A stretch of 64,000 bases of DNA, from contig PXUB01000003.1 in the NCBI GenBank assembly GCA_003009755.1, positions 1 through 64,000 of the forward strand, read 5' to 3'. This document shows, piece by piece, positions 48,922-58,378 of this stretch. The stretch's first letter is position 1. Each line of letters opens with the position of its first letter. Source of the DNA: Thermoplasmatales archaeon SW_10_69_26. Its GTDB lineage: Archaea; Thermoplasmatota; SW-10-69-26. A program made the translations under genes and the position numbers. Below the pieces are notes generated by a model that saw only the letters and a program-made list of their open reading frames with translations, was not told the DNA's origin and did no database searches.

Positions 48922-49419
48922 GTGATGCAGCGCCACGAGGCTCTCGCCGACCTCTCCCGCGATCACCACCGCGGGCTCGTGTGGGCCAAGCGCCTGAGCG
49001 ACGCCGCCGAGGACGAGGCTGAGGCCACCGCCGAGGCCTTCGTGGCGTTCTGGGACGACGAGCTGGCCGCCCACGTCACCGAGGAAGAACACGTTCTGTT
49101 GCCGATCTACCAGCGCCACGTCGACCTCACCGAGGACGAGCTGGTCCTCACCATGCTGGCCGACCACGCCTGGTTCCGCGACCGCGTCCCCGACCTCCGC
49201 ACCCGGTCGAGGGAGGGCCAGCCGCTGGGTGAGGCCCTCGCGGAGCTGGGTCGACGGCTGCACGACCACGCCCGCATGGAGGACCGCGAGCTGTTCGGTC
49301 GCATCGAGGAGACGCTGGCCGAGGACGAGCTGGCCGAGGTCCACGACCGCTCGCGCCGGTTCCGCCGAGCCCACCGTGGCGAGGGCGCCATCGGTCCCCG
49401 ACCCACGCGCGAGGACTAA
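48922..49419 (+). CDS. Hemerythrin/HHE cation-binding domain protein
   Basis: LSRDHH, HVTEEE..LLP, DH and HARMEDRELF. Confidence 0.85.
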   Translation: MMQRHEALADLSRDHHRGLVWAKRLSDAAEDEAEATAEAFVAFWDDELAAHVTEEEHVLLPIYQRHVDLTEDELVLTMLADHAWFRDRVPDLRTRSREGQPLGEALAELGRRLHDHARMEDRELFGRIEETLAEDELAEVHDRSRRFRRAHRGEGAIGPRPTRED

Positions 49420-49871
49420 ACCGCCAGCGGGTCGACCAGCTCCTCACGCATCTCCTCGAGGTGGTGCCGGGTGTCCCATCGAAGGATCCTCTCGACGATC
49501 GGGCGCGTGGCGCCGGAGATCCAGGACAGCGGCCCTCGCGGGTCGACGTCGGCCACGAGCGAGACCTGGGTCCCCTCGGGATCGAACGTCGGCTCGAACG
49601 TGTAACGCGCCCGGAACGTGGCCCACGTGTTCTCCCCGAGCAGCTTGACCGTGTTGCCGCGCTGCTGGGCACGCACGCGCTCGGTGAACACCGGCAGGCC
49701 CAGCCACTCGACGCGGTCCTCGATCACGTGGGCGCGCTGTTCCTCCATCACGCGGCGCTCGATCCCGGGGACGAACGTGTGATCCCGCTGGCCCTCCCGG
49801 TAGTCGGTCCACCACGACAGGGCCCGTTCGGGATCGACGCCGGCGACGGTGTCCTCGAGCTCGACGCGCAC
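49416..49871 (-). CDS. SRPBCC/START-like protein
   Basis: WWTDY motif, a beta-rich core and a C-terminal helix. It resembles 60334-60822. Confidence 0.6.
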   Translation of the reverse strand: MRVELEDTVAGVDPERALSWWTDYREGQRDHTFVPGIERRVMEEQRAHVIEDRVEWLGLPVFTERVRAQQRGNTVKLLGENTWATFRARYTFEPTFDPEGTQVSLVADVDPRGPLSWISGATRPIVERILRWDTRHHLEEMREELVDPLAV

Positions 49872-49948
49872 GCTGACCCAACCTGGGGCTGATGCTTTAG
49901 TCCCACGAAGCGAAGGCCGTGGGCGCCCTCGGGTCGGCCCTCGAGGCG

Positions 49949-50992
49949 TCAGATGCTGTCCACGATCAGGTCGTCGAACGCGGCCACGCGTTTGCGCCAC
50001 TCCTTGGGGTGGACGAAGCGGCTCACGGCGGCCACGTTGGACAAGATCGCGTTGCCGTCCTGGGGCGTGAAGCAGAACCCGCTCACGGTCGAGCCGTCGG
50101 TGTGGATCGACTCGCGAGCGATGACGCCCTGGTTGAGGATGCGACCGAAGGGCCCGAACTGCCGCCCCATGTTGAACACGAGGTCGGCGTTCATCTTGTC
50201 GGTGAGAGCGATGTACTCGTCGTCCTCGAACCGGGCGATCGCCTCCTCGCGGGTGACGGGGTCGTCGAGATCCAGTTGGAACCAGATCGTGTGCATGAAC
50301 TGCGTGGGGACCTTGATCGCGGAGGAGAACAGGTCCAGATCCTGGTCGCGGGTCCCGTAGAGGTCGACGACGTCCTCGGCGTGGTGGGTGCCCTCGTCGG
50401 CGTCGTGGACGCTGAGCTTCGGCGCCAGCGGGCCCGCGCCCTGCTGGCCGACGTCGGTGGCCCGACGGATGCAGACCACGCGCCCGCTGTCGAGGGCATG
50501 GCCCCCGTCGCCGAGCGCGCGCACGATCGCGGCGATGTTGTGCGTGTTGCAGGACACGATGTGCACGAACCGGTCGTCCACGGCGTCGAGCACGTCGTTG
50601 TTCACGCCCAGCGCGAACGGCGTACCGAACCCGGCCTCGCTCCCCTGCGCGAGGAAGCCCTCGGGGCCGTCCATCGTCTCGTAGGTGGGCTTGCGGTCCA
50701 GCGCGATCCCGCTCGGCGTCGCCTCGACGACGACGGTCGCCTCCTCGACCGTGCCATCGAGCTCGCCGTCCACGTCGAACCCCGACTGCGCGAACTGCTT
50801 GCGGCGGTCCTCGTCGACGACGAACTCGGCACCCGCCTCGCGGACGCGATCGACGAGCGGTGCGTCGCTGCGTCGAGGGGTGTGCTTGGTGAACGTGACG
50901 CGGTCGAGGCCCAGCTCGGTGCCGCGGTCGGCCAGCAGGTAGGCCAACGGGGCCCCGATCGTGCCGGCACCCTGGATATGGACCCGGGTCAT
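49949..50992 (-). CDS. gap: Archaeal (type II) glyceraldehyde-3-phosphate dehydrogenase
   Basis: GAGTIG, VSCNTH, RRATD, THHAEDV and KVPTQFMH. Confidence 0.88.
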   Translation of the reverse strand: MTRVHIQGAGTIGAPLAYLLADRGTELGLDRVTFTKHTPRRSDAPLVDRVREAGAEFVVDEDRRKQFAQSGFDVDGELDGTVEEATVVVEATPSGIALDRKPTYETMDGPEGFLAQGSEAGFGTPFALGVNNDVLDAVDDRFVHIVSCNTHNIAAIVRALGDGGHALDSGRVVCIRRATDVGQQGAGPLAPKLSVHDADEGTHHAEDVVDLYGTRDQDLDLFSSAIKVPTQFMHTIWFQLDLDDPVTREEAIARFEDDEYIALTDKMNADLVFNMGRQFGPFGRILNQGVIARESIHTDGSTVSGFCFTPQDGNAILSNVAAVSRFVHPKEWRKRVAAFDDLIVDSI

Positions 50993-51082
50993 GCTTGGGC
51001 CAACCACCACGACCATCCTTATAAAGGTTGCACGACGGTTGGTGCCCAAGCAGGTCGTCGCTATGGATGGCGGGCCGACGGT

Positions 51083-51655
51083 TCACCGCTTGCAGATGTC
51101 GACGAAGTTCTCGAAGATCTCCTCACCGTGCTCGGTGTGGGAGACCTCCGGGTGGAACTGCAATCCGTACAGCGGGCGCTCGCGGTGGCGCATCGCCTGC
51201 ACGCGGCAGGCCTCCGAGCTGGCCAGGGTCTCGAAGCCCTCGGGCACGGTCGTCACCTCGTCGTTGTGGCTCTCCCAGACCTGGCTGCGATCGGGGAGGC
51301 CGGCTAGGATGTCGTCCTGACCGACCCCGTCCTCGAGCACCAGCTCGGTCTTGCCGAACTCCGGCGTCTGGGCCGCCTCGGCGCGCCCGCCGAAGTGGCC
51401 GGCCATGAACTGGTGGCCCGCGCAGATGCCCAAGATCGGCACCTCGGCCTCGTCGAGGTAGGTCCCGCACTCGCCCAAGGTGTCCTCGAGCCCGATGCGC
51501 GGGGACCCGCCCGAGAGGACGAGACCGTCCACGTCGAGCTCGGCCAGCGGCGTGTCGTTGGGCACGATCTCCGTGTCCACCCCGAGATCGCGCAGCGTGC
51601 GCCACTCCCGGTGCGTCCACTGCCCTCCATTGTCGATGACGACGATGCGGACCAC
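51083..51655 (-). CDS. guaAA: GMP synthase subunit A (glutamine amidotransferase)
   Basis: DNGGQWTH, LSGG, GICAGHQ, SHNDEV and QFHPEV. Confidence 0.95.
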   Translation of the reverse strand: MVRIVVIDNGGQWTHREWRTLRDLGVDTEIVPNDTPLAELDVDGLVLSGGSPRIGLEDTLGECGTYLDEAEVPILGICAGHQFMAGHFGGRAEAAQTPEFGKTELVLEDGVGQDDILAGLPDRSQVWESHNDEVTTVPEGFETLASSEACRVQAMRHRERPLYGLQFHPEVSHTEHGEEIFENFVDICKR

Positions 51656-51946
51656 GGTCGGCTCCTATCCCGACCAAGCCTCCCTCCGTTCTTAAGCGAT
51701 TCGTCGTCGGCCCCCGCCGTGGACCCCGGGCTGTCTCGTTAAGCAGGGGCCGCGAAGGACACGAGGGATCGCCACGGCCACGAAGGGCCTGTGACTCGCC
51801 GCCGGGCGGCGTTGTCACGGCAGCTGCTCGCCTTTGTGCCCTGCGTCCCTTCGCGTACTTGGTGGTCCCCCCCGTTCCTTATCCTTACAGCGCGCGTGGA
51901 CCCCCTCGCGTGGTTTTTCAACGATGCCGACGTTGGTCGCGCCACC

Positions 51947-52675
51947 ATGGCAGCACCGATCGAAGACCTCGAGCCGCCGGTCCTCGTCGTCAACTACAAG
52001 GTGTACCCCACGGCGCTGGGCGAACGCGCCCTCAGCCTTACACGCGAACTGGAGGAGGCCGCCGCCAGCTACCCGGACGCCACGCTCGCCATCGCCCCCA
52101 GCCACCCCGACGTCGGCGCCGTCGCCCAGGCCAGCGACCTACCCGTGCTCGCCCAGCACGCCGACGGCCACCGACCCGGGTCCGGTACCGGTCGCGTGCT
52201 GCCCGAGAGCCTCTCCGACCGAGGCGCGATCGGGAGCCTCATCAACCATGCCGAGCGCCAGGTCACCGAGAAGGAGGCCAACCGGTCCGTGGACCGCCTG
52301 ACGGAGAAGGGCATGGCCGTCATCGCGTGCGCCGAGGACGTCGAGGTCACGCGCACGATGGCCTCCCTGGAACCGACCTATGTCGCCATGGAGCCGCCCG
52401 AACTCATCGGCGGCGACGTCTCCGTCACCAGCGCCGATCCCGGCATCATCGAGGACAGCCTCGAGGCGGCCCAGGAGATCGATCCCGACGCCCGCATCCT
52501 GTGCGGAGCCGGCGTCAAGGACGCCGAGGACGTGGCCAAGGCTCGCGACCTCGGCGCCGAGGGCGTGCTCGTGGCCTCCGGGGTCACGAAGGCAGAGGAC
52601 CCGACCCAGGCGGCCCGCGACCTGCTGCGAGGCGCCGTCGAGCCGGCAGCGACGCTCGAGGGAAGCGAGAAGTGA
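51947..52675 (+). CDS. tpiA: Archaeal triosephosphate isomerase
   Basis: NYK, AQH, INHAER, EPPELIG, LCGAGV and GVLVASG. Confidence 0.95.
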   Translation: MAAPIEDLEPPVLVVNYKVYPTALGERALSLTRELEEAAASYPDATLAIAPSHPDVGAVAQASDLPVLAQHADGHRPGSGTGRVLPESLSDRGAIGSLINHAERQVTEKEANRSVDRLTEKGMAVIACAEDVEVTRTMASLEPTYVAMEPPELIGGDVSVTSADPGIIEDSLEAAQEIDPDARILCGAGVKDAEDVAKARDLGAEGVLVASGVTKAEDPTQAARDLLRGAVEPAATLEGSEK

Positions 52676-52723
52676 AGAGGAGAGAGAAGAGGGGAAGCGG
52701 CCGGAAACCGGCCGAAGTGGAGG

Positions 52724-52909
52724 TTACGACTTCCGCAAGTACGGAAGTCCGGTCGAGTCGTTGACGCCAACCTCGTAGCCGTCAGGCAACTTGGATTGGC
52801 TCCCGGACTTCGGTTCGTCCTTGGAGAAGAAGTAGATCGTCTGCTCCCCACCGTTCTTCAGATCCACGTTGCGGGAATAGAGTGTGTACCCGTTGTGCTC
52901 GTACGGCAT
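52724..52909 (-). CDS. 61-aa conserved-looking small protein
   Basis: YTLY...L.NG..QTIYFFSK...LP.GYEV..N..TGLPYLRK. Locally lower GC. Confidence 0.75.
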   Translation of the reverse strand: MPYEHNGYTLYSRNVDLKNGGEQTIYFFSKDEPKSGSQSKLPDGYEVGVNDSTGLPYLRKS

Positions 52910-53140
52910 CCCTTGCACCCGACGGTGGTATAGCGTGGCCAGGCATGAAGGTTCCGCTTTCCCTCCGGGGAAAGCGGTCCTCACAAGGGAAACAGCCGAC
53001 GGCAGCGGGGTTGACGCCGAGCGTCACCGCGATCCGTCCCCACGCGGTGTGGATGGGGCCCATTGAAAGGGCCGAAGGGAATATGGCAGGGAAGGCATGG
53101 AGGCCTGTCCCCTTCGATGGCATCCTCCGGAGGAGGAGTA

Positions 53141-53626
53141 GTGGTCGGTCCCGACGAGATCGTGGCCAACGCCCGCGACCGGGGGGTCCCCGTGGATCTG
53201 CTCTCGGATCTGGGCCCCATCCGAACGGTCGTCGAGGCCTCGGAAGCCGCCGGCCGCAGCCTCGGGGAGGTCGGGAACACGGTCCTCGTCACGATCCAGG
53301 GCCGACCCGTGCTCGTCGTCGTCCCCGGCGACCGCGCCCTCGACGGCGAAGCCGTCGGCGCCACGTACGGCGCGGACGCGCTCGAGATCTCCCTCGCCAC
53401 GCAAGCCGAGGCCCGCGAGCTGACCGGCTACGATCTCGGCCTGATCCCGCCCGTCGGCCACGAAGCCGACTGCGACCTCCTCGTCGACCGCCACCTCCTC
53501 GACCACGAGCGGGTCCTGTTCCCAGCCGGCACCGACGACACCCTCCTCGAGCTGGATCCCCGCCAGCTCGCCGCGCTGGACGACGCCGAGGTGGGCGAGT
53601 GGAGCCGCGCCAAGGACGAGGGTTGA
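53141..53626 (+). CDS. YbaK/prolyl-tRNA editing family protein
   Basis: GGAGG RBS, ARELTGY..G.IPPVG and PAGT. Confidence 0.8.
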   Translation: MVGPDEIVANARDRGVPVDLLSDLGPIRTVVEASEAAGRSLGEVGNTVLVTIQGRPVLVVVPGDRALDGEAVGATYGADALEISLATQAEARELTGYDLGLIPPVGHEADCDLLVDRHLLDHERVLFPAGTDDTLLELDPRQLAALDDAEVGEWSRAKDEG

Positions 53627-53679
53627 CCCCGTCCGGACTGCCGAGGTTTTATCACGAGTCACGGCTAAGAGGAGCCACG

Positions 53680-53997
53680 ATGGCCGAGGACGATGACCAG
53701 GGCAGCGGGTTCAACGGGCCTCTGCCCGACGAGCGGAAGCGGGAGATGTTCGCTCTCGCCAAGAACCTGCTCGGCGGCTCCCGCCTCGAGGTCGTCTGCG
53801 AGGACGGCGAGACCCGCATGGGACGCATCAAGGGCAAGCACAAGCGCCGCATGTGGATCCGCGAGGGGGATCTGTTGATCGTCAAGCCCTGGGACTTCCA
53901 GGACGAGAAGTGCGACGTCGAGTACCGCTACGTCCAGAACCAGTCCGAGTACCTCTCTCGCCGGGGCATGATCCCCGACGAGCTGGACGTGTTCTAG
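53680..53997 (+). CDS. eif1a: Translation initiation factor 1A (aIF-1A)
   Basis: LLGGSRL.V.C.DG..R.GRI.GK.KRRMWIREGD..IVKPWDFQ..K.D..YRY. Confidence 0.95.
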   Translation: MAEDDDQGSGFNGPLPDERKREMFALAKNLLGGSRLEVVCEDGETRMGRIKGKHKRRMWIREGDLLIVKPWDFQDEKCDVEYRYVQNQSEYLSRRGMIPDELDVF

Positions 53998-54582
53998 CTC
54001 GGTCGGTCGGCTCCCTTGGGGTCTCCCGTCGGCAGGCTGCCCCCAGCGGCTCCCGCCGACGGCGTCGCTCTGGATCGGAACGCCTCCGGCATTCCTGCTT
54101 CGAGCTCGTTGTCAGTGACCGCTGAGGCTATGCAGTGGATTCGGGCAGCCTGCCTCGGTCCGACCCTTCGGTCGCCGACCTCCCTCGCTGTGAAGCCGGG
54201 GTCATTGTCAGCGAACATGGGAGGGCGGCCATCCTGCCTTGGGTCCAATCGGCAGAGGCCGGCCCTCCGAGGAGGACGGATCCTGATCCGTCCGAACCGT
54301 GAGGGCTCCTGCCGTCAGGCGAACCCTCGCGGGAAGCCGAGCTTGCTCGGCTGACCCTTCGGTCGCCGACCTGCCTCGCTGCTGTGCAGCTGCCTGTTGC
54401 TGCTTGAAGCCTGGACGATGATAGAGGGGGAACTCCGCAGGTCGTTTCCTCGTCTGAGCGGGGGAGGTTCTACCGCCAAGAGGGGAACCGATCCCGATCT
54501 GCCGTGGCACGACCCCACACATATATGGCGGCTGACCGATACGGGCCACGGGCGCTGGGAGGCGTCCAGGAAGCAACTCGAT

Positions 54583-55011
54583 ATGCGGAACACGATCATC
54601 CTGCTGGCAGCTGCGAGCCTGTTGACGATGGCGCCGGCGGCCGTCGCCGGTCACGGCGAAACGTTCGAAGAGGACGGCGAGATCCTCCTCGGTCAGCCCG
54701 GCACCAATGCCGGGGTCGGCGTCACCGAGCTCGGCGCCGCCTGCGATACCGAGAGCGAGCTGAACGGTGTCGACGGCCAATGGTACGCCATCGACGGCTT
54801 CGACGACCACGACTTCGAGCTGACGATGGACGACACGCTCGACGTCGACATGTACTTCTACACGACCGAATGCGAGTTCATCGACGACGGCTTCGACGGA
54901 GCCGAGGCCTTCCTCGGCGGCACCGAGGACGGCACGGTCCCGTCCGAGGCCGCCTTCGCCGTCGTCGACGGCTTCGCCGGCACCGGCGACTTCACGCTCT
55001 CGATCAGCTGA
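54583..55011 (+). CDS. Secreted acidic hypothetical protein
   Basis: Signal peptide MRNTIILLAAASLL..APAAVA, DVDMYFY and two Cys. A TATA-like ATATAT lies at about 54521. Confidence 0.75.
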   Translation: MRNTIILLAAASLLTMAPAAVAGHGETFEEDGEILLGQPGTNAGVGVTELGAACDTESELNGVDGQWYAIDGFDDHDFELTMDDTLDVDMYFYTTECEFIDDGFDGAEAFLGGTEDGTVPSEAAFAVVDGFAGTGDFTLSIS

Positions 55012-55111
55012 CGATCGGGCCCACCGCGGGCGGCCGCTGGCCGCCCGCCGTCTTCTTCTGTACATCTGACCCTCGCCGGGGCTCCAAGAGGCACCGGTGG
55101 CTTCCCAGCCC

Positions 55112-55426
55112 ATGCGCGCGATGGTGTTCTTCTCCCTGCATCCGATCGGCCGGGACGACAGCATGTCCGACGAGATCGCCGAGGCCGTCAAGGTCCTCCG
55201 CGAACACGGCCTCGAGCACGAGGTCGGCCCGACCGGGACCACGATCTTCGGCGAGCTCGGCGACATCATGCAAGCGATCGAGGAGTGCCACGACCGGATC
55301 AGCGAGGACGGCACCCGCGTGAACAGCGAGCTGATGATCGACGCCAAGCCCGGGCTCGACGTCGGCGAGATGCGGGGCCGCGTCGACCGGGTCATGGAGC
55401 GGTTGGAGGAGCCGGCTCCCGCCTGA
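55112..55426 (+). CDS. MTH1187/YkoF thiamine-binding family protein
   Basis: FSLHPIG, GLEHEVGPTGTTIFGE and RV...IDAKPG. Confidence 0.88.
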   Translation: MRAMVFFSLHPIGRDDSMSDEIAEAVKVLREHGLEHEVGPTGTTIFGELGDIMQAIEECHDRISEDGTRVNSELMIDAKPGLDVGEMRGRVDRVMERLEEPAPA

Positions 55427-55464
55427 GCCCGCAGCCTCGAGACCCGCCGCCCGGTTCGCGGGTC

Positions 55465-55756
55465 GTGCGCGCGATAGCGGTCGTCTCGATCCATCCCATC
55501 GGCGAGGGGGCCAGCCTCGGCGACGAGATCCGAGACGATCGAAGTCCTCGAGGACGGCGGCCTCGAGCACGAGGTCGGCCCCAGCGGCACCACGATCCTC
55601 GGCGGCTGGGACGAGGGGATGGCCACGCTCGAGCGCTGCAACGAGGCCTTGGGCGCCCCCGAGACGCGGGTCAACACCGTGATCGAGGTCGACGCCAAGC
55701 CCGGCCTCGACCCCGGCGACATCGAGGCGAAGGTCGACCGCGGGACCGGTCCCTAA
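55465..55756 (+). pseudogene. Frameshifted tandem paralog of the thiamine-binding protein
   Basis: VRAIAVVSIHPIG..DEI, then a frameshift at about 55531, resuming as EVLEDGGLEHEVGPSGTTILG...DAKPG. Confidence 0.85.
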
Positions 55757-56466
55757 ACATGAATCGCTACGGGCCGGCCCGTCTGCGGGTCCTCGTCGGG
55801 AACCTCGGGCAACCGGCCGGCCTCGCCCTCGGCCACGCGGTGGGCCGACCAGGCGGCGATCGAGGCGTCGAGCACGTCGCGCGGGCTCATCCGGCCGACG
55901 CCACCGAGCGAGCGCGTGGGCCGCAGCCCGGCTTCCGCCAACAGCGTCAGCCGTTCGTAGGTGGCTCGCGCGCCGCGCCCGTAGGTCTCCAGCGGCCCGC
56001 CCTCGCCGCGTGCGTCGTTGAGCGCCAGGTAGGAGACCTCGGGGTGCATCTCGACGATCCGATGATCGTCGCCGGCGGCCTCGTTCACCGCCAACAGCCG
56101 CTGGCGGCCGGCGAACATCGGCTCCGCGGGCTGCGGGCAGCCCTGCTCCTCGGCGATCCGGCAAGCCTGCTCGTAGCTGTCGACCTCGAACACGGCCAAC
56201 GGCGGCGTCCAGAACACGCGCTCGCCGGCCTCGCCCAGCGCCTCGCGAGCGGCCACGTCGGCCCGGCGGCGGCCATCGCGCTGGTTGCCCTCGGGGTCGT
56301 CGTGCCCGATCGGGACGTCGACGGCGATCGTGTCCGCGCCCTCGGCGGCGTCGAGCAGCTCGTCGAGCTGGTCGAAGCGGCGGATCGCCGCCAGCGAGCC
56401 GTCCTGCAGCTCGACGGCGACCCAGGCGTCCGGCTGGCGGGCGTCGACGCCCAAGACCCTCGTCAC
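55753..56466 (-). CDS. DUF429 family protein (predicted RNase H-like nuclease), copy 1
   Basis: LGVDA, AVDVPIG, RRADVAAR, EMHPE and DVLDA. Confidence 0.88.
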   Translation of the reverse strand: MTRVLGVDARQPDAWVAVELQDGSLAAIRRFDQLDELLDAAEGADTIAVDVPIGHDDPEGNQRDGRRRADVAAREALGEAGERVFWTPPLAVFEVDSYEQACRIAEEQGCPQPAEPMFAGRQRLLAVNEAAGDDHRIVEMHPEVSYLALNDARGEGGPLETYGRGARATYERLTLLAEAGLRPTRSLGGVGRMSPRDVLDASIAAWSAHRVAEGEAGRLPEVPDEDPQTGRPVAIHV

Positions 56467-56506
56467 GCGCCCGGCAGAACGCCGGGCCCGTTTGTACGTG
56501 ACGGCC

Positions 56507-56872
56507 TCAGCAGGTGGAGTGGATCAAGGCGCCGACGTCGGCGTCCTCGGCGAGCTCGTTGTACCGCTCGACCGCCGCGTTCGACTCGAGCACCTCGGTC
56601 TCGATGCCCTGTTCCTCGAGCCAGGCCAGCGTCTGGTCCTGCACCTGCAGGCGCTCGTTCTGGCCGCGGGAGAGGATGATGCGCTGGGCCCCCTCGTCGA
56701 CGAGCTCCTCGACGTCCCCGATCTGGATGCCGGGGACGTGGCTGGTGCCGGTCTCGTTCCAGTTCCAGCCGCGAGCGCCGCCGGGCCACAGTTTCGCGTC
56801 GCGGAACGAGCCGTGGCCCTCGACGTCGACCTGGCCCCACGACAGGTCCTCGATCGTTGGTGGCTTCTCCAT
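56507..56872 (-). CDS. Mth938-like (AAMDC) protein
   Basis: LSWG, DAKLWPGG...W.W.ETGT.H.PG and GALIHSTC. Confidence 0.9.
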   Translation of the reverse strand: MEKPPTIEDLSWGQVDVEGHGSFRDAKLWPGGARGWNWNETGTSHVPGIQIGDVEELVDEGAQRIILSRGQNERLQVQDQTLAWLEEQGIETEVLESNAAVERYNELAEDADVGALIHSTC

Positions 56873-56920
56873 CGTCGACCCTCGTGCTGGCAAGCGGGTC
56901 CCGGCTACATGGGTGCTGGG

Positions 56921-57616
56921 TCAGGCGTGCACGGCGACCAGGCGACCCGTGCGCGGGTCCGAGGGCGGGTCCCCGGGCAGACGGCGGGCCTGGCCGCGGC
57001 TCACGCGGTGGGCGGTCCAGGCGGCCGCGCAGGCGTCCAGCGCCGGGCGCGGGTCGTGGTCGGCCGGTTCCACCTCCTCCGGGTGCAGGCCCTCCCCGTG
57101 CAGCCGCTCCAGCCGCTCGTCGAGGGCGGCCCACGAGCTGCCGTAGTGCTCGGGCGGGCGCCGACCCGCGCCCATGTGGGCGAAGCTGACCTCCGGATGC
57201 ACCTCGACCAGGCGCTGGTCGCGACCGGCGCGGTCGGCCAGCGCCGCCAGCCGGTCGGCGGCGAACCACAGCGCGGCCTCGAGCTTGGGCCAGCCGCGCT
57301 CCCGGCACATCGCCAACGCCTCGTGGTACGTGTCGGTCGCGAACACGGCCGGCGGTGGCAACACGAAGAACCGCTCGCCGGCCTCGCCCAGCACCTCGCG
57401 CGCGGCCACGTCGCAGGCCCGCCACCCGTCGCTCTCGCCTCGGGGGTCCTCGTGGCCGAGGGGCACGTCGACGGCGATCGTGGCCACCTCATCATCGGCC
57501 GCCAGGGCCGCGTCGAGATCCCCGGCCGCGTGCAGGTCGACGAGCTCGCCGTCCTCGATCTCGGCGACCCAGAACGGGGCTCGTCCGCGAGCGTCGACGC
57601 CTTGGACCCGCACCAC
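56921..57616 (-). CDS. DUF429 family protein, copy 2
   Basis: GVDA, AVDVPLG, RACDVAAR, EVHPE and LDACAAAWTA. Confidence 0.88.
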   Translation of the reverse strand: MVRVQGVDARGRAPFWVAEIEDGELVDLHAAGDLDAALAADDEVATIAVDVPLGHEDPRGESDGWRACDVAAREVLGEAGERFFVLPPPAVFATDTYHEALAMCRERGWPKLEAALWFAADRLAALADRAGRDQRLVEVHPEVSFAHMGAGRRPPEHYGSSWAALDERLERLHGEGLHPEEVEPADHDPRPALDACAAAWTAHRVSRGQARRLPGDPPSDPRTGRLVAVHA

Positions 57617-57650
57617 ACGCTCGCGAACCCGGGTCCGGGTTGAAGACTGT

Positions 57651-58367
57651 TCACACGTGGATCGCGACCGCTCGCCCCGTGCGGGGATCCGTGGGCGGAT
57701 CGGTGGGCACCGTCCGCGCCGCCTCGCGTCTCACCCGTCGGGCGACCCAAGCGCAGGCGGCCGCGTCGACGACGTCGTGGGCGCGGGCCCGCCCGGCCTC
57801 GCCGGCCTCGCGGGGCAGCTCGATGCCCGCCGCCGACAGAAGCGACAGCCGTGCCCACCGTCCCCGCCAGGACCGCTTGGATCCGATCGCGAGGTCGGGG
57901 TCGTGGGTTCCAGCCATCGCCTGGAAGGCCAGTTCGGGGTGAGCCTCCACGAGGCGCGGGTCGCCGGTGGCCACCTCGCGGACCTCGCGGATGCGGTCGG
58001 CCAGCGCCCAGGCTTGGCGGGAGGGGGCGATCGTGTCGCGCTGGCGGGCCCGATCGACGGCCGCCTCGTAGGTCTCGGCCGCCATCACGTCCGGGGGCGG
58101 GACGGGGAAGACCGAGGCGGCCCTGTCCCCCAACAGGTCGCGAGCGCGCTCGTCGGCCCGCCGGCGGCCGTCGGCGTCGCCGTGGGGGTCCTCGTGCCCG
58201 ATCGGGACGTCGACGGCCACGGCCTCGGCGGCCGGGTTGGCGTCGAGGGCTTCGGTCAGCTCCTCGACGAAGGACAACGCGGGTGAGGCGTCCTCCGCCA
58301 GGCGGCACACGAGCCAGCCTTGGACCGAACCCATGCGAGCACCGTCGACACCGAGCACGCACGACAT
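57651..58367 (-). CDS. DUF429 family protein, copy 3
   Basis: LGVDG, AVDVPIG, RRADERAR, EAHPE and DVVDAAACAW. Confidence 0.88.
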   Translation of the reverse strand: MSCVLGVDGARMGSVQGWLVCRLAEDASPALSFVEELTEALDANPAAEAVAVDVPIGHEDPHGDADGRRRADERARDLLGDRAASVFPVPPPDVMAAETYEAAVDRARQRDTIAPSRQAWALADRIREVREVATGDPRLVEAHPELAFQAMAGTHDPDLAIGSKRSWRGRWARLSLLSAAGIELPREAGEAGRARAHDVVDAAACAWVARRVRREAARTVPTDPPTDPRTGRAVAIHV

Positions 58368-58378
58368 CGGATCGGTCC

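Noticed and set aside
54000-54500. RNase P or SRP RNA
   Set aside because: Only partial GAGGAAA-like words are present, without the complementary conserved regions.
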